Source: a bacterium (GTDB lineage Bacteria > Zhuqueibacterota > Zhuqueibacteria > Oceanimicrobiales > Oceanimicrobiaceae). From it: DNA of 35,636 nucleotides. The stretch spans positions 1 through 35,636 of the forward strand of contig JBBIIG010000039.1 of the NCBI GenBank assembly GCA_037446635.1, read 5' to 3'. The position numbers were made by a program, and so were the translations under genes. Positions 12,817-24,138 of the stretch are shown piece by piece. The stretch's first letter is position 1; each line of letters opens with the position of its first letter. Below the pieces are notes generated by a model. The model had not been told where the DNA came from and made no database searches. It saw nothing but the letters and a program-made list of their open reading frames with translations.

Positions 12817-14898
12817 ATGGCAAGAGATGTACAATTAGAAAAAATCCGCAACATCGGTATTATGGCCCATATCGACGCCGGCAAAACCACCACCACCGAG
12901 CGCATTCTGTTTTATGCCGGCAAAATCCATCGTATGGGTGAAGTGCACGACGGCGCGGCCACCATGGACTGGATGGAGCAGGAACGAGAGCGCGGCATCA
13001 CCATCACTTCAGCGGCCACCACCTGCTATTGGAAAAATCATCGCATCAACATCATCGATACGCCGGGGCACGTGGATTTTACCGTTGAGGTGGAGCGCTC
13101 GCTGCGCGTGCTGGACGGCGCGATTGCGCTGTTTTGCGCCGTTGGCGGAGTGGAACCGCAATCGGAAACAGTGTGGCGGCAGGCCGATCGCTACAAAGTT
13201 CCGCGCATTGCGTTCATCAACAAAATGGACCGCGTGGGCGCCAATTTCTTCGGCGCTTTGGACATGATTAAAGAACGCCTCGGTGCCAACGTGGTGCCGG
13301 TGCAAATTCCCATCGGCGAGGGCGACATGTTCGCCGGACTGGTTGATTTGATTCGCATGAAGGCGGTCATCTATGATGAGGACAGCCTGGGCACCCATTG
13401 GCAGGAGATTGAAATTCCTCACGACCTGCAGGGCCGCGCCGCTGAATACCGCACCCACCTTTTAGAGTCGATTTCGGTTTTGGATGATACCCTGCTTGAA
13501 AAATACCTCGAAGGCCACGAGATCGATACTCAGGAAATTATTGCGGCGGTGAGAAAAGCGACTGTAAAAAACATCATCACCCCGGTGTTGCTGGGCTCGG
13601 CTTTCAAAAATAAGGGTGTGCAGCGATTGTTGGACGCGGTGGTTAATTTTTTACCTTCACCGGTAGATTTACCAGATGTGGTTGGCCATCACCCGAAAAC
13701 GCAGGAGCCGTTAACCAGAAAACCAGCGATCACTGAGCCGTTTTCAGCCTTGGCGTTCAAAATAATGACCGATCCCCACGTGGGTAAGCTGACCTATTTC
13801 CGGATTTATTCGGGGACGGTGAGCGCCGGTAGTTATGTTTATAACGCCAACACTCGCCAGCGTGAGCGACTCGGGCGGTTGCTGCTCATGTCCGCCAACA
13901 AACGCGAGGACATCGAAGAAGCCTCGGCCGGCGAGATCGTGGCGGCAGTGGGGCTCAAGAACACTAAAACCGGCGACACCTTGTGCGCTGAAAACAAGCC
14001 CATCATCCTCGAAGCGATGAATTTCCCGGAACCGGTGATTGCCGTGGCCATCGAGCCCAAGACCAAGGCCGATCAGGAAAAACTTGGCCAGTCCCTGGGG
14101 CGCTTGGCCGATGAAGATCCCACCTTCCGCATCAAGGGCGATGAAGAAACCGGGCAAACTGTGATTTACGGGATGGGTGAGTTGCATCTCGAAATTTTGG
14201 TCGATCGCCTCCTGCGGGAATTCAAAGTTGGCGCCAATGTCGGGCGTCCGCAGGTGGCCTATAAAGAAGCCATTACCCGCAAAGCGGAGGCGGAGGGCAA
14301 GTTCATTCGCCAGAGCGGCGGGCGCGGCCAGTACGGCCACGTGATCCTCGAAGTCGAACCCGCGGAAAAAGGCAAAGGGTTTGAATTCGTCAATAAAATT
14401 ATTGGCGGAACCATCCCGCGCGAGTACATTAATCCGGTGGCGGAAGGAGTTAAGCAGGCCATGCAGACTGGAATCATCGCGGGCTACCCGATGATTGACG
14501 TTAAAGTCAGTCTTTTGGATGGTTCATATCATGATGTGGACTCGTCGGAAATGGCGTTTAAAATTGCCGGGTCGATGGCGTTCAAAAGCGCAGCGCAAAA
14601 AGCCGGACCGGTGCTGATGGAGCCGATCATGGATGTGGAAGTGATTGTGCCGGAAGAATATTTGGGAGAAGTGTTGGGAGATTTGAACAGCCGCCGCGGC
14701 CGTATCAAGGGCATTTTCCCCAGGAAAGACGCGCAAGTGCTGACGGCTTCGGCGCCGTTGAGCGAAATGTTTGGCTATGCCACGTCGCTGCGATCTCTGA
14801 CACAGGGCCGCGCCATTTTCACGATGCAGTTTGCGCAATATGAAATCGCGCCGAAGGCGGTTGCGGAAAAAGTGTTGGAAAAAGTTGCAGTCGCATAA
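12817..14898 (+). CDS. fusA: Elongation factor G
   Basis: [46 protein letters not shown]. Confidence 0.99.
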   Translation: MARDVQLEKIRNIGIMAHIDAGKTTTTERILFYAGKIHRMGEVHDGAATMDWMEQERERGITITSAATTCYWKNHRINIIDTPGHVDFTVEVERSLRVLDGAIALFCAVGGVEPQSETVWRQADRYKVPRIAFINKMDRVGANFFGALDMIKERLGANVVPVQIPIGEGDMFAGLVDLIRMKAVIYDEDSLGTHWQEIEIPHDLQGRAAEYRTHLLESISVLDDTLLEKYLEGHEIDTQEIIAAVRKATVKNIITPVLLGSAFKNKGVQRLLDAVVNFLPSPVDLPDVVGHHPKTQEPLTRKPAITEPFSALAFKIMTDPHVGKLTYFRIYSGTVSAGSYVYNANTRQRERLGRLLLMSANKREDIEEASAGEIVAAVGLKNTKTGDTLCAENKPIILEAMNFPEPVIAVAIEPKTKADQEKLGQSLGRLADEDPTFRIKGDEETGQTVIYGMGELHLEILVDRLLREFKVGANVGRPQVAYKEAITRKAEAEGKFIRQSGGRGQYGHVILEVEPAEKGKGFEFVNKIIGGTIPREYINPVAEGVKQAMQTGIIAGYPMIDVKVSLLDGSYHDVDSSEMAFKIAGSMAFKSAAQKAGPVLMEPIMDVEVIVPEEYLGEVLGDLNSRRGRIKGIFPRKDAQVLTASAPLSEMFGYATSLRSLTQGRAIFTMQFAQYEIAPKAVAEKVLEKVAVA

Positions 14899-14951
14899 TC
14901 AATAACCATTAAATTTGAAAATTTCTAAAAAAGATAATTGGAGGAACAAAC

Positions 14952-16142
14952 ATGGCGAAGCAGAAATTCGAGAGAAAGAAGCCCCATGTGAACGTCGGAA
15001 CGATTGGGCACGTCGATCATGGCAAAACGACCTTGACGTCGGCCATCACCCTGGTTTTGAATAAAAAGGGTCTGGCGGATTACATGAGCTTCGATCAAAT
15101 TGACAACGCACCGGAGGAGAAGGCTCGCGGTATCACGATTGCCACCGCGCACGTCGAATATGAGACCGCCAATCGCCATTATGCCCACGTGGACTGCCCC
15201 GGCCACGCCGATTACGTCAAAAACATGATCACCGGCGCGGCGCAGATGGACGGCGCGATCCTCGTTGTCAGCGCCGCCGATGGCCCGATGCCGCAGACGC
15301 GCGAACACATTCTGCTCGCCCGACAGGTCGGTGTTCCCTATATTGTGGTCTTTCTTAACAAAGTTGACATGGTCGATGATCCTGAATTGTTGGAGTTGGT
15401 GGAACTGGAGCTGCGGGAACTGCTGAGCCAGTACGAGTTTCCGGGCGATGAAATCCCTATTATCCGCGGCAGCGCGTTGCAGGCCTTGAACAATCCGGAT
15501 GATGAAGTGAAGACCAAACCGATCATGGATTTGATGGCCGCAGTTGATTCGTACATCCCCACGCCGGTGCGCGACAAGGACAAGCCCTTCCTGATGTCGG
15601 TGGAAGACGTGTTCAGCATCACTGGCCGCGGCACGGTGGGTACCGGCCGCGTCGAGCGCGGCGTGGTTCGCAGCGGCGATGAAGTGGAGATCGTAGGGCT
15701 TGGGGCCAAGCGCAAAACCGTGGTGACCAGCGTCGAAATGTTCCGCAAAATTCTGGATTACGGCGAAGCGGGCGACAACCTCGGCTTGCTGCTGCGCGGC
15801 GTAGAAAAAGATGAGCTCGAACGCGGCATGGTGATCGCGAAACCCGGCTCCATCACCCCGCATACCAAATTCAAGTGCGAAGTGTACGTGTTGACCAAAG
15901 AAGAAGGCGGGCGCCACACGCCGTTTTTCAATGGCTATCGGCCGCAATTCTATTTCCGCACCACCGACGTTACCGGAGTGTTGAAACTCCCGGAAGGCGT
16001 GGAGATGGTGATGCCCGGCGACAACATCACCATGGAGGTAGATTTAATCGCCCCCATTGCCATGGAAGAAGGCCTGCGGTTTGCTATCCGTGAAGGCGGA
16101 CGCACCGTGGGCGCGGGTGTGGTTACCAAAATCTTAGAATAA
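14952..16142 (+). CDS. tuf: Elongation factor Tu
   Basis: [49 protein letters not shown]. Confidence 0.99.
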   Translation: MAKQKFERKKPHVNVGTIGHVDHGKTTLTSAITLVLNKKGLADYMSFDQIDNAPEEKARGITIATAHVEYETANRHYAHVDCPGHADYVKNMITGAAQMDGAILVVSAADGPMPQTREHILLARQVGVPYIVVFLNKVDMVDDPELLELVELELRELLSQYEFPGDEIPIIRGSALQALNNPDDEVKTKPIMDLMAAVDSYIPTPVRDKDKPFLMSVEDVFSITGRGTVGTGRVERGVVRSGDEVEIVGLGAKRKTVVTSVEMFRKILDYGEAGDNLGLLLRGVEKDELERGMVIAKPGSITPHTKFKCEVYVLTKEEGGRHTPFFNGYRPQFYFRTTDVTGVLKLPEGVEMVMPGDNITMEVDLIAPIAMEEGLRFAIREGGRTVGAGVVTKILE

Positions 16143-16159
16143 ACAGATTGGATTGAAGA

Positions 16160-16194
16160 AAGCCCTGCTTGCTTTTAAGTAGGGCTTCTTTTTG
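16160..16194 (+). terminator. Intrinsic terminator-like hairpin after tuf
   Basis: AAGCCCTGCTT (16160-16170) pairs with AAGTAGGGCTT (16177-16187) with one G-U pair, then CTTTTT. Confidence 0.65.
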
Positions 16195-16218
16195 AAACCT
16201 TAGTGGAGTGATTTAAAC

Positions 16219-16527
16219 GTGGTTGGTCAAAAAATCAGGATCAAACTCAAGGCGTATGATCATCGGCTCATCGACAAATCCACCGACAAGATCATTCGCA
16301 CCGCCAAAGCAACCGGCGCCGCGATTTCCGGCCCCGTGCCTTTGCCCACCAAGCGTTCGCTTTACACGGTATTGCGTTCGCCGCACGTGGACAAAAAATC
16401 GCGCGAACAGTTTGAGACGCGCATCCACAAACGTTTGATCGACATTTTAAATTCCACTCCCAAAACCGTTGACGCGCTGATGAAATTAGAATTGCCGGCG
16501 GGCGTCGATGTTGAAATTAAAGTTTGA
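16219..16527 (+). CDS. rpsJ: 30S ribosomal protein S10
   Basis: [35 protein letters not shown] start. Confidence 0.99.
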   Translation: MVGQKIRIKLKAYDHRLIDKSTDKIIRTAKATGAAISGPVPLPTKRSLYTVLRSPHVDKKSREQFETRIHKRLIDILNSTPKTVDALMKLELPAGVDVEIKV

Positions 16528-16547
16528 TCTCTCAAAGCGAAGGTTAA

Positions 16548-17171
16548 ATGATGAGCGGTTTGATTGGAAAAAAGTTGGGAATGGCTCGAGTCTTTGACGC
16601 CCAGGGCAGGAACCTGGCGGTCACCCTCATCGAGGCGGGACCGTGTCAGGTAACTCAACTTAAAACGGCGGATAAGGACGGCTACAACGCCGTGCAACTT
16701 GCGTTTGAAGATAAAAAGCAAAAGCATACCACCAAGCCCGAGGCGGGACATTTTGGCAAGGCCGGAGTGGCCCCCAAACGGTTTGTAAGAGAATTCACCG
16801 GTTTTGAAAACATCGACGCGCTGAAATTGGGCGATACCGTGAAGGTGGATGTGTTCAGAGAGGGAGAGGCGGTGCAGGTCGTTGGCTGGGCCAAAGGCAA
16901 GGGATTTCAGGGGGTCGTCAAACGCCATCATTTCAAAGGCGGGCCCAAGACTCACGGGCAAAGCGATCGCACCCGCGCCCCCGGTTCTCTCGGCCAATCT
17001 TCGTTTCCTTCGCGGGTTTATAAGGGTTTGCGGATGGCGGGGAGAATGGGCAATCAGCAAGTCACCGTGAAAAATGCGGTGGTGGTAAAAGTCGTGCCGG
17101 ATAAAAACATCCTGATGGTGAGGGGGTCGGTACCCGGGCCTAAAAGCGGGTTGGTTCTAATTCAAAAATAG
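16548..17171 (+). CDS. rplC: 50S ribosomal protein L3
   Basis: [35 protein letters not shown]; start could be the second ATG at 16551. Confidence 0.98.
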   Translation: MMSGLIGKKLGMARVFDAQGRNLAVTLIEAGPCQVTQLKTADKDGYNAVQLAFEDKKQKHTTKPEAGHFGKAGVAPKRFVREFTGFENIDALKLGDTVKVDVFREGEAVQVVGWAKGKGFQGVVKRHHFKGGPKTHGQSDRTRAPGSLGQSSFPSRVYKGLRMAGRMGNQQVTVKNAVVVKVVPDKNILMVRGSVPGPKSGLVLIQK

Positions 17172-17172
17172 C

Positions 17173-17808
17173 GTGAACATGGAACTCGATATCTACAAGA
17201 AAAATGGCAAGCCGTCGGGCAACAAAATCAAACTGCCCGAAAAAGTTTTCGGCGCCAATCCCAATCATGACGCCGTTTATTTGGCGGTCAAAGCTTTGCA
17301 GGCCAACGCTCGGCAGGGCACGCACAGCACCAAGACGCGCTCGATGGTGAGCGGCGGCGGCAAAAAACCGTGGAAACAAAAGGGCCGCGGCGTGGCGCGC
17401 GCCGGCACCATTCGCTCGCCGCTGTGGGTCGGCGGCGGCCGGGTATTCGGCCCGCATCCGCGCGACTATAGCTTGAAGCTTCCGAAAAAGGTAAAAAGCC
17501 TGGCGCGCATTTCAGTTTACTCCGATAAAGTCAAAAACAATCAAGTGATGGTGGTCGAGGATTTTAAATTAGATCAGCCTAAAACCAAAGTGATGTTTGC
17601 AATTTTGAAGTCGCTTGGCCTCGAGAACAAAAAGACCCTGATGCTGCTTTCGGAATACGATGCCACGCTTTTGAAAGCCGGCCGCAATCTCCCGAAACTC
17701 AACATCAAAGTCGCCGCCACGGAATCGACCTACGATTTGCTCAACTGTGAACAGCTACTGATTCAAGAAGGCGCGATTGCCAAAATTAGCGGAGTATTGA
17801 AGCGATGA
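17173..17808 (+). CDS. rplD: 50S ribosomal protein L4
   Basis: RQGTHSTKTR, GGGKKPWKQKG, RSPLWVGGG, FGPHPR; start is GTG 17173 or ATG 17179. Confidence 0.97.
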   Translation: MNMELDIYKKNGKPSGNKIKLPEKVFGANPNHDAVYLAVKALQANARQGTHSTKTRSMVSGGGKKPWKQKGRGVARAGTIRSPLWVGGGRVFGPHPRDYSLKLPKKVKSLARISVYSDKVKNNQVMVVEDFKLDQPKTKVMFAILKSLGLENKKTLMLLSEYDATLLKAGRNLPKLNIKVAATESTYDLLNCEQLLIQEGAIAKISGVLKR

Positions 17809-18116
17809 AGCTTTCGGAAGCAATTTTAGAACGGCCGCTGCTGACCGAAAAAATGCTCAAACAGCAGGAAGACGCCCGCAAGTATGCGTTCCAAGTTGCA
17901 AAGACTGCGAACAAAATTGAGATCAAGCGTGCAGTGGAAACGAAGTTCGGGGTGCAGGTTGAGAGCGTGCGCACCATCAACGTCAAGGGCAAAGCCAAAC
18001 GCATGAATACCCGCCGCGGGCTGACTCGGGGGCGGCGCGCCGACTGGAAAAAAGCCATCGTCACTTTGCGGGAAGGGCAGGCCATCGACTTTTTTCAGGA
18101 ACAGCCAACGAAATAG
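17805..18116 (+). CDS. rplW: 50S ribosomal protein L23
   Basis: PLLTEK, ANKIEIKRAVE, WKKAIVTL; ATGA overlap with rplD. Confidence 0.98.
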   Translation: MKLSEAILERPLLTEKMLKQQEDARKYAFQVAKTANKIEIKRAVETKFGVQVESVRTINVKGKAKRMNTRRGLTRGRRADWKKAIVTLREGQAIDFFQEQPTK

Positions 18117-18125
18117 GGTTAGCAC

Positions 18126-18947
18126 ATGGGTATCAAAACATACAAGGCCACGACTCCGAGCCGGCGCTATTTTTCAACGCTGACGTTTGAAGAAATAACC
18201 AAGAAGGAGCCGGAAAAATCGCTGCTGCAGCCGCTCAGGAAAACCGGTGGCCGCGACAACAACGGGCACATCAGCTCGCGGTTTCGCGGCGGCGGCCACA
18301 AGCGCGCGTATCGCATCATCGACTTCAAGCGCAACAAAGATGGCGTCCCCGCGAAAGTGGCGGCAATCGAATATGATCCCAATCGCTCCGCCAACATTGC
18401 GCTGCTGCATTACGCCGATGGCGAAAAGCGATACATTCTTTCGCCTTTGGGATTGAAGGTGGGTGACAAATTAATGTCGGGAGCGGGTTCTGAAATTCGT
18501 GTGGGTAATGCTATGCCGCTGAAAGATATTCCGCTGGGAACGCTGGTTCACAATATCGAGATGATATTGGGAAAAGGCTCGCAGTTGGCGCGCAGCGCCG
18601 GCACCTACGCTCAAATTGTGGCGAAAGAGGGCGACTATGCGCAACTTCGGCTGCCCTCGGGCGAGGTGCGAATGGTTCGCATTGAGTGCCGGGCTACCAT
18701 CGGTCAGGTGGGCAACGTCGATCACGAAAATATTTCTATTGGCAAAGCCGGACGCAGCCGCTGGCTGGGAAGAATGCCGCACAATCGCGGCGTGTCCATG
18801 AACCCGGTGGATCATCCCATGGGCGGCGGCGAAGGCAAAAGCTCGGGCGGCCGGCATCCGTGCTCGCCGTGGGGTAAGCCAGCCAAAGGCGGAAAGACGC
18901 GCAAGCGCAAGCCGTCAGATAAGTTTATCGTTAGCAAGCGAAAATAA
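18126..18947 (+). CDS. rplB: 50S ribosomal protein L2
   Basis: [38 protein letters not shown]. Confidence 0.99.
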   Translation: MGIKTYKATTPSRRYFSTLTFEEITKKEPEKSLLQPLRKTGGRDNNGHISSRFRGGGHKRAYRIIDFKRNKDGVPAKVAAIEYDPNRSANIALLHYADGEKRYILSPLGLKVGDKLMSGAGSEIRVGNAMPLKDIPLGTLVHNIEMILGKGSQLARSAGTYAQIVAKEGDYAQLRLPSGEVRMVRIECRATIGQVGNVDHENISIGKAGRSRWLGRMPHNRGVSMNPVDHPMGGGEGKSSGGRHPCSPWGKPAKGGKTRKRKPSDKFIVSKRK

Positions 18948-18979
18948 GCCGGTTCAGATAGTTCAGACAAAGGAAGACC

Positions 18980-19273
18980 ATGCCAAGATCGATTAAAAAA
19001 GGTCCCTATGTGGACGAGCGACTGGTGGCGCGAATTCAGGAGTTGAATAAAAGCAATCAAAAGAAAGTTTTGAAAACCTGGTCGCGGCGGTGCACGATCA
19101 CCCCCGATTTCGTTGGCCACACACTGGCGGTGCACAACGGCAACAAATTCATTCCGATTTTTGTATCGGAAAACATGGTGGGCCATAAATTAGGCGAATT
19201 CGCTCCCACCCGCACCTTCCGCGGGCACAGCGGCAAGGCTGCTGCGGAAAAGGCAGCGAAAGTTAAAGGATGA
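18980..19273 (+). CDS. rpsS: 30S ribosomal protein S19
   Basis: [27 protein letters not shown]. Confidence 0.99.
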   Translation: MPRSIKKGPYVDERLVARIQELNKSNQKKVLKTWSRRCTITPDFVGHTLAVHNGNKFIPIFVSENMVGHKLGEFAPTRTFRGHSGKAAAEKAAKVKG

Positions 19274-19283
19274 GGACGGCACA

Positions 19284-19634
19284 ATGAAAGCACGGGCAAT
19301 GGCAAAATATGTTCGGCGCTCGCCGCGCAAAGTTCGGCAGGTGGTGGATTTGATTCGCGGCAAGCACGTAGATCACGCCCTCAATATTTTGCATTTCACC
19401 AACAAAGCCGCCGCGAAGCCAATCGAGAAAACGATTCGTTCGGCGGTGGCCAACATTTTGAATACCGAAGGCGCTTCAAAGGTTGAGCCCGAGCAGTTGG
19501 TCATCACCGAGGCGCGGGTGGACAAGGGGTTTGCGTTCCGCCGTTTTCGCGCCGCTTCCATGGGGCGCGCCATGCGCATGCGGCGGCCCACTTGCCACAT
19601 TACGATTGTGGTTTCAGACATGCAAAGCAATTAA
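19284..19634 (+). CDS. rplV: 50S ribosomal protein L22
   Basis: [30 protein letters not shown]; synteny. Confidence 0.97.
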   Translation: MKARAMAKYVRRSPRKVRQVVDLIRGKHVDHALNILHFTNKAAAKPIEKTIRSAVANILNTEGASKVEPEQLVITEARVDKGFAFRRFRAASMGRAMRMRRPTCHITIVVSDMQSN

Positions 19635-19648
19635 TTCTGGAGGATCGT

Positions 19649-20287
19649 TTGGGTCAAAAAACCAATCCAATTGGCTTTCGGCTGGGCATCATTCGTGACT
19701 GGGAGTCCAACTGGTTCGATGAGCGTGATTTTTCAAAAAAGCTGAGCGAAGATTTGATGCTGCGGAAATACATTCGCCAGCGGCTGCAAAACGCCGGCAT
19801 CTCTACGATTCACATCGAGCGCACACCGCAGCGCATCACATTGACGATTCACACCGCGCGCCCGGGCATCGTCATTGGCCGCAAGGGCGCGGAAGTGGAT
19901 AAATTAAAAGAAGAACTGCAGCGGCTGACGGAAAAAGAAATTCAATTGAACATCAATGAAATAAAGAAGCCGGAGCTCGAAGCGTACCTGGTAGCCGAGA
20001 ATGTGGCGCATCAACTGGAACAGAAAATTTCTTTTCGCCGCGCGATGAAAAAAGCGGTGATGAGCACCATGCGCATGGGCGCCGAAGGCGTGCGCATCGC
20101 CTGCTCGGGGCGTTTGGGCGGCGCGGAAATGGCGCGCAACGAAAGCTACAAAGACGGCCGCATTCCCCTGCACACTTTGCGCGCGGATATTGATTTCGCC
20201 CGCGTGACCGCGCGTACTCCGTATGGCGCCATCGGGGTGAAGGTATGGATTTGTCGCGGCGAAATTTTAGGAAGTCAAGGAGCCTAA
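19649..20287 (+). CDS. rpsC: 30S ribosomal protein S3 (start moved to TTG 19649)
   Basis: The conserved N-terminus [13 protein letters not shown] begins at the in-frame TTG 19649, with GGAGG at 19639-19643; [25 protein letters not shown]. Confidence 0.97.
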   Translation: MGQKTNPIGFRLGIIRDWESNWFDERDFSKKLSEDLMLRKYIRQRLQNAGISTIHIERTPQRITLTIHTARPGIVIGRKGAEVDKLKEELQRLTEKEIQLNINEIKKPELEAYLVAENVAHQLEQKISFRRAMKKAVMSTMRMGAEGVRIACSGRLGGAEMARNESYKDGRIPLHTLRADIDFARVTARTPYGAIGVKVWICRGEILGSQGA

Positions 20288-20290
20288 ATC

Positions 20291-20716
20291 ATGTTAATGC
20301 CGAAGCGTGTAAAATTTCGCAAACAGCAGCGCGGGCGGATGAAGGGCAAGGCCGTACGCGGCTCAACGTTGGCGTTTGGAGAATTCGGTTTGAAGGCGAT
20401 GGCCCCGGCGTGGCTGACGGCGCGCCAGATTGAGGCCGCGCGCGTGGCGCTAACCCGTCATATCAAGCGCGGCGGCAAAGTGTGGATTCGCGTGTTTCCA
20501 GACAAGCCGGTCACCAAAAAGCCCGCGGAGACCCGCATGGGAAAAGGCAAGGGCGCGCCGGAGTTCTGGGTGGCGGTGGTCAAACCGGGCAGAATTTTGT
20601 TCGAGTTGGGCGGCGTTTCCGAACAGTTGGCGCGGGAGGCGCTGCGGTTGGCTTCCCATAAATTGCCGTTTGCAACCAAGTTTGTCAGTCAAGCGGATTA
20701 CGGTGAATCGTTATGA
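20291..20716 (+). CDS. rplP: 50S ribosomal protein L16
   Basis: [28 protein letters not shown]. Confidence 0.99.
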   Translation: MLMPKRVKFRKQQRGRMKGKAVRGSTLAFGEFGLKAMAPAWLTARQIEAARVALTRHIKRGGKVWIRVFPDKPVTKKPAETRMGKGKGAPEFWVAVVKPGRILFELGGVSEQLAREALRLASHKLPFATKFVSQADYGESL

Positions 20717-20937
20717 AAAAGCATGAGATCAAAGAGCTTACCAAAGCAGATGTTGAGCTGCGGCTCAGCGACGCGGTGGAGGAGTTGTACAATTTGCGGT
20801 TTCAACATGCCATGCGGCAATTGGATAATCCATTAAAATTGCGTCAGGTGCGAAAAGACATCGCTCGCTTCAAAACCATTTTGCACGAATTCGAGAGCGG
20901 CCGCCGCGGCGCGTCAAAAGAAACCGGCAACCAATAA
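20713..20937 (+). CDS. rpmC: 50S ribosomal protein L29
   Basis: [21 protein letters not shown] overlap with rplP. Confidence 0.96.
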   Translation: MKKHEIKELTKADVELRLSDAVEELYNLRFQHAMRQLDNPLKLRQVRKDIARFKTILHEFESGRRGASKETGNQ

Positions 20938-20952
20938 CCTGTTCGGGAAAGT

Positions 20953-21213
20953 ATGGAAAAAACACGAGCTCGCAGAAAAACCAAAATTGGCAAAGTCGTT
21001 TCCAACAAAATGACTAAAAGCATTGTTGTCGCGGTGGAACGCCGGGTAAAGCACCCGTTGTATGGCAAATATTTTCGTAAGACCTCGACGTTTATGGCGC
21101 ACGACGAAGAGAACCAAAGCGGCATCGGCGATATCGTCAAAATCATGGAGACGCGTCCCCTCAGCAAAATGAAAAGATGGCGGTTGGTAGAGATTCTTGA
21201 ACGGGCGAAATAA
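20953..21213 (+). CDS. rpsQ: 30S ribosomal protein S17
   Basis: [32 protein letters not shown]. Confidence 0.99.
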   Translation: MEKTRARRKTKIGKVVSNKMTKSIVVAVERRVKHPLYGKYFRKTSTFMAHDEENQSGIGDIVKIMETRPLSKMKRWRLVEILERAK

Positions 21214-21237
21214 CGTCAGCAAATAAAGAGGACGAGG

Positions 21238-21606
21238 ATGATCCAGCAATATACGCGATTGAATGTTGCAGACAATACGGGCGCGAAAAAAGTAATGTGC
21301 ATTTTGGTGCCGGGCGATACCAAGCGGCGCTATGCAACGGTTGGCGACGAGATCATGGTTTCGGTGAAAACCGCTATCCCCGGCGGCGTCATCAAAAAAG
21401 GCGACGTCAGCAAGGCGGTGGTGGTGCGCACCAAAAAAGAAATTCGGCGCACCGACGGCTCCTATATCCGCTTTGATGAAAACGCCGCAGTTTTGATCAA
21501 CGAGCAAAACGAACCCAAAGGCACGCGCATTTTTGGACCGGTGGCGCGCGAGCTGCGCGATAAACAGTTTATGAAAATCGTGTCGTTGGCGCCCGAGGTT
21601 CTTTAA
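21238..21606 (+). CDS. rplN: 50S ribosomal protein L14
   Basis: [37 protein letters not shown]. Confidence 0.99.
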   Translation: MIQQYTRLNVADNTGAKKVMCILVPGDTKRRYATVGDEIMVSVKTAIPGGVIKKGDVSKAVVVRTKKEIRRTDGSYIRFDENAAVLINEQNEPKGTRIFGPVARELRDKQFMKIVSLAPEVL

Positions 21607-21629
21607 ATTTTACAGGAGATGCCAGTATT

Positions 21630-21965
21630 ATGCACGTGAGACGTGGACACCAGGTAGAGGTTCTCAGCGGCGAAGATCGCGGCAAGCGCGGCAAAGTGTT
21701 GAAAGTTCTACCCGAAAAAAATCGGGTGATTGTGGAAGGCGTCAATTTTATCAGCCGCCACATGCGGCCTTCGCAAAGCATGCCGCAAGGGGGGATTGTG
21801 AAAAAGGAGGCGCCGATTCATGCCTCGAGCGTCATGGTAGTTTGCCCCAAATGCAACAAGCCCACGCGACCGGCTTATAAGTTTATCAAAGAAGACAAAA
21901 AGAGGTCGCGGAAGAAAGCGCGGGTTTGCAAAAAATGTGGGGAAATGATCGAAGTTACGGCTTAA
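21630..21965 (+). CDS. rplX: 50S ribosomal protein L24
   Basis: KOW-like GEDRGKRGKV, VIVEGVN, GGIVKKEAPIHAS; two CxxC pairs near the C-terminus. Confidence 0.97.
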   Translation: MHVRRGHQVEVLSGEDRGKRGKVLKVLPEKNRVIVEGVNFISRHMRPSQSMPQGGIVKKEAPIHASSVMVVCPKCNKPTRPAYKFIKEDKKRSRKKARVCKKCGEMIEVTA

Positions 21966-21987
21966 ATCTAAAGTTGAAAGATAGAAA

Positions 21988-22545
21988 ATGGCAGAATACC
22001 AACCCAGACTCATCGCCCAATACCGGGAAAAAATTGTCCCGGAACTGATGAAGCGCTTCGGCTACAAGAACGTCATGCAAGCGCCGAAGCTTGAAAAGAT
22101 TGTGGTGAATATGGGCGTCGGCGGGGCGATACAAGACGCCAAGCTGCTGGATCGCTCGTTGGAAGATCTTGCGACCATCACCGGCCAGCGGCCCATCGCC
22201 ATCAAGGCGCGGAAATCGATCTCCAATTTCAAGCTGCGCGCCGGCAACAAAGTCGGCTGCAAAGTTACCTTGCGGCGCTGGCGAATGTACGAATTTCTGG
22301 ATCGGCTTATCAACGTGGCGATTCCGCGCATTCGCGATTTCCGCGGCCTCTCCGATCGTTCCTTTGACGGCCGCGGCAGTTACACCTTCGGGGTGCGCGA
22401 GCAGATCATTTTTCCGGAGATCGATTACGATAAAATCGATCGCATCCGCGGCATGGACGTAACGATTGTCACCACCGCCGGCAGCGATGAGGAGGCGTAC
22501 GAGCTGTTGCAGGCGTTCGGTATGCCGTTCCGGAAAAGAACTTAA
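21988..22545 (+). CDS. rplE: 50S ribosomal protein L5
   Basis: [29 protein letters not shown]. Confidence 0.99.
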   Translation: MAEYQPRLIAQYREKIVPELMKRFGYKNVMQAPKLEKIVVNMGVGGAIQDAKLLDRSLEDLATITGQRPIAIKARKSISNFKLRAGNKVGCKVTLRRWRMYEFLDRLINVAIPRIRDFRGLSDRSFDGRGSYTFGVREQIIFPEIDYDKIDRIRGMDVTIVTTAGSDEEAYELLQAFGMPFRKRT

Positions 22546-22560
22546 TTTGAGGAAACTGAC

Positions 22561-22746
22561 GTGGCAAAAAAATCGATGATAGCAAAACAAAAGCGAACGC
22601 CGAGGTTTGCGGTGCGGAGATACAATCGCTGTTCGCGCTGCGGCCGCCCGCGCGCGTACCTGCGGAAATTTGGCCTCTGCAGAATTTGTTTCCGGGATTT
22701 GGCTTTAGAAGGCAAAATTCCAGGCATCATCAAGGCAAGCTGGTAA
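22561..22746 (+). CDS. rpsN: 30S ribosomal protein S14, short zinc-binding type Z
   Basis: 61 aa; [30 protein letters not shown] start. Confidence 0.98.
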   Translation: MAKKSMIAKQKRTPRFAVRRYNRCSRCGRPRAYLRKFGLCRICFRDLALEGKIPGIIKASW

Positions 22747-22767
22747 AACGGTTAGGAATTTTCAATT

Positions 22768-23166
22768 ATGAGCATGACCGATCCTATAGCGGATTATTTA
22801 ACGCGCATCCGCAACGCCATGCGGGCGCATCACAGCAAGGTGGATATCCCCGCTTCCAATTTCAAAAAGCACATGAGTCAGATTCTGCTGGAATACGGCT
22901 ACATCAAAAATTATTCTGTCATAGAAGATAGCCGCGGCGGGGTGATTCGCATCTATTTGAAGTACGATGAAAACGGCGAGAGCGTCATTCGTGGAATCCG
23001 GCGCGTGAGCACGCCGGGCTTGAGAAAATACGTGGGGCACGATGAGATTCCCCGCGTGTTTAACAATCTTGGTATTGCCATCCTCACCACCCCTAAGGGC
23101 GTCATTTCGGACCGCGACGCCCGCCGGCTCAAAGTGGGGGGCGAGGTGGTTTGTTATGTTTGGTAA
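22768..23166 (+). CDS. rpsH: 30S ribosomal protein S8
   Basis: MTDPIADYLTRIRNA, RVSTPGLRKY, VGGEV. Confidence 0.99.
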   Translation: MSMTDPIADYLTRIRNAMRAHHSKVDIPASNFKKHMSQILLEYGYIKNYSVIEDSRGGVIRIYLKYDENGESVIRGIRRVSTPGLRKYVGHDEIPRVFNNLGIAILTTPKGVISDRDARRLKVGGEVVCYVW

Positions 23167-23188
23167 AACTCTCTGAAGGAGAAACGTT

Positions 23189-23725
23189 GTGTCACGAGTA
23201 GGTAAGCGTCCGATTCCGATCAAATCCGGAATTGAAGTTCAAATTGTGAAAAACGCCGTTACCATTAAAGGGCCGAAAGGCAGCCTGACGCGCGAAATTC
23301 CAGCGGAAATGAAAGTGGAGTTGAAGGATTCGCAATTGTCGGTCTCGCGGCCCAACAACAGCAAACCCTATCGCTCGCTGCATGGTTTGTATCGAACGCT
23401 GTTAAAAAATATGATTGACGGCGTGTCCAGCGGTTTTGAGAGAAAACTCGAAATCGTCGGCGTGGGCTACAAAGGCGAAATCAGAAAGAACCGGCTGGTG
23501 TTACAATTGGGATATTCGCATCCGATTGTTTTTGCGCCGCCGCAAGGCATTCAAGTGGCGGTGGATGGCAACGTGAACATCACGGTAACGGGCATCGACA
23601 AAGAACTGGTGGGCAAAGTGGCGGCGAAAATCCGCTCGTTCCGTCCGCCCGAGCCTTACAAAGGCAAAGGCATCAAATACGCGGACGAACAAATTCGCCG
23701 CAAAGCTGGCAAGACGGCTGCTTAA
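23189..23725 (+). CDS. rplF: 50S ribosomal protein L6
   Basis: MSRVGKRPI, KGPKGSL, LGYSHP, PPEPYKGKGI; GTG start. Confidence 0.99.
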   Translation: MSRVGKRPIPIKSGIEVQIVKNAVTIKGPKGSLTREIPAEMKVELKDSQLSVSRPNNSKPYRSLHGLYRTLLKNMIDGVSSGFERKLEIVGVGYKGEIRKNRLVLQLGYSHPIVFAPPQGIQVAVDGNVNITVTGIDKELVGKVAAKIRSFRPPEPYKGKGIKYADEQIRRKAGKTAA

Positions 23726-23743
23726 AATTTATAGGAACCGGTT

Positions 23744-24118
23744 ATGCAATTGAATCGAAAGGCTGTGGAATTCAATAGGCTGCGCAAGCGGCTGCGTATT
23801 CGAAAAAAGATCATGGGCACACCGGAGCGTCCGCGGCTGGCGGTGTTTCGCAGCTCGAAAAATATTTATGTGCAATTGGTGGACGACCTTCACCACAAAA
23901 CGTTGACCGGGGTTTCCACCCTTAATCCGGAGCTGAGAAGCGAGCTCGAGAAAATCGAAGGCAAGATTGGCGCGGCAAAATTAGTGGGCAAGAAGATCGC
24001 TGAGAAGGCCAAAGAAATGAAAATCGAGCAAGTGGTTTTTGATCGCGGCGGCTACATGTATCACGGCCGCGTGAAGGCGGTTGCCGAGGCCGCGCGCGCG
24101 AGCGGGTTGAAATTTTAA
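23744..24118 (+). CDS. rplR: 50S ribosomal protein L18
   Basis: [23 protein letters not shown]. Confidence 0.99.
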   Translation: MQLNRKAVEFNRLRKRLRIRKKIMGTPERPRLAVFRSSKNIYVQLVDDLHHKTLTGVSTLNPELRSELEKIEGKIGAAKLVGKKIAEKAKEMKIEQVVFDRGGYMYHGRVKAVAEAARASGLKF

Positions 24119-24138
24119 TTTTTCAAAGGGAGTTCGGC

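Noticed and set aside
14925..15947. 340-aa antisense ORF opposite tuf, and similar long minus-strand ORFs opposite nusG, rpoB, rpoC, fusA, rplC, rplE and secY
   Set aside because: Shadow ORFs caused by codon bias in conserved genes; no recognisable motifs or independent expression signals.
19592..19648. N-terminal extension of S3 given by the ORF track
   Set aside because: It overlaps rplV; the conserved N-terminus and an SD fit TTG 19649.
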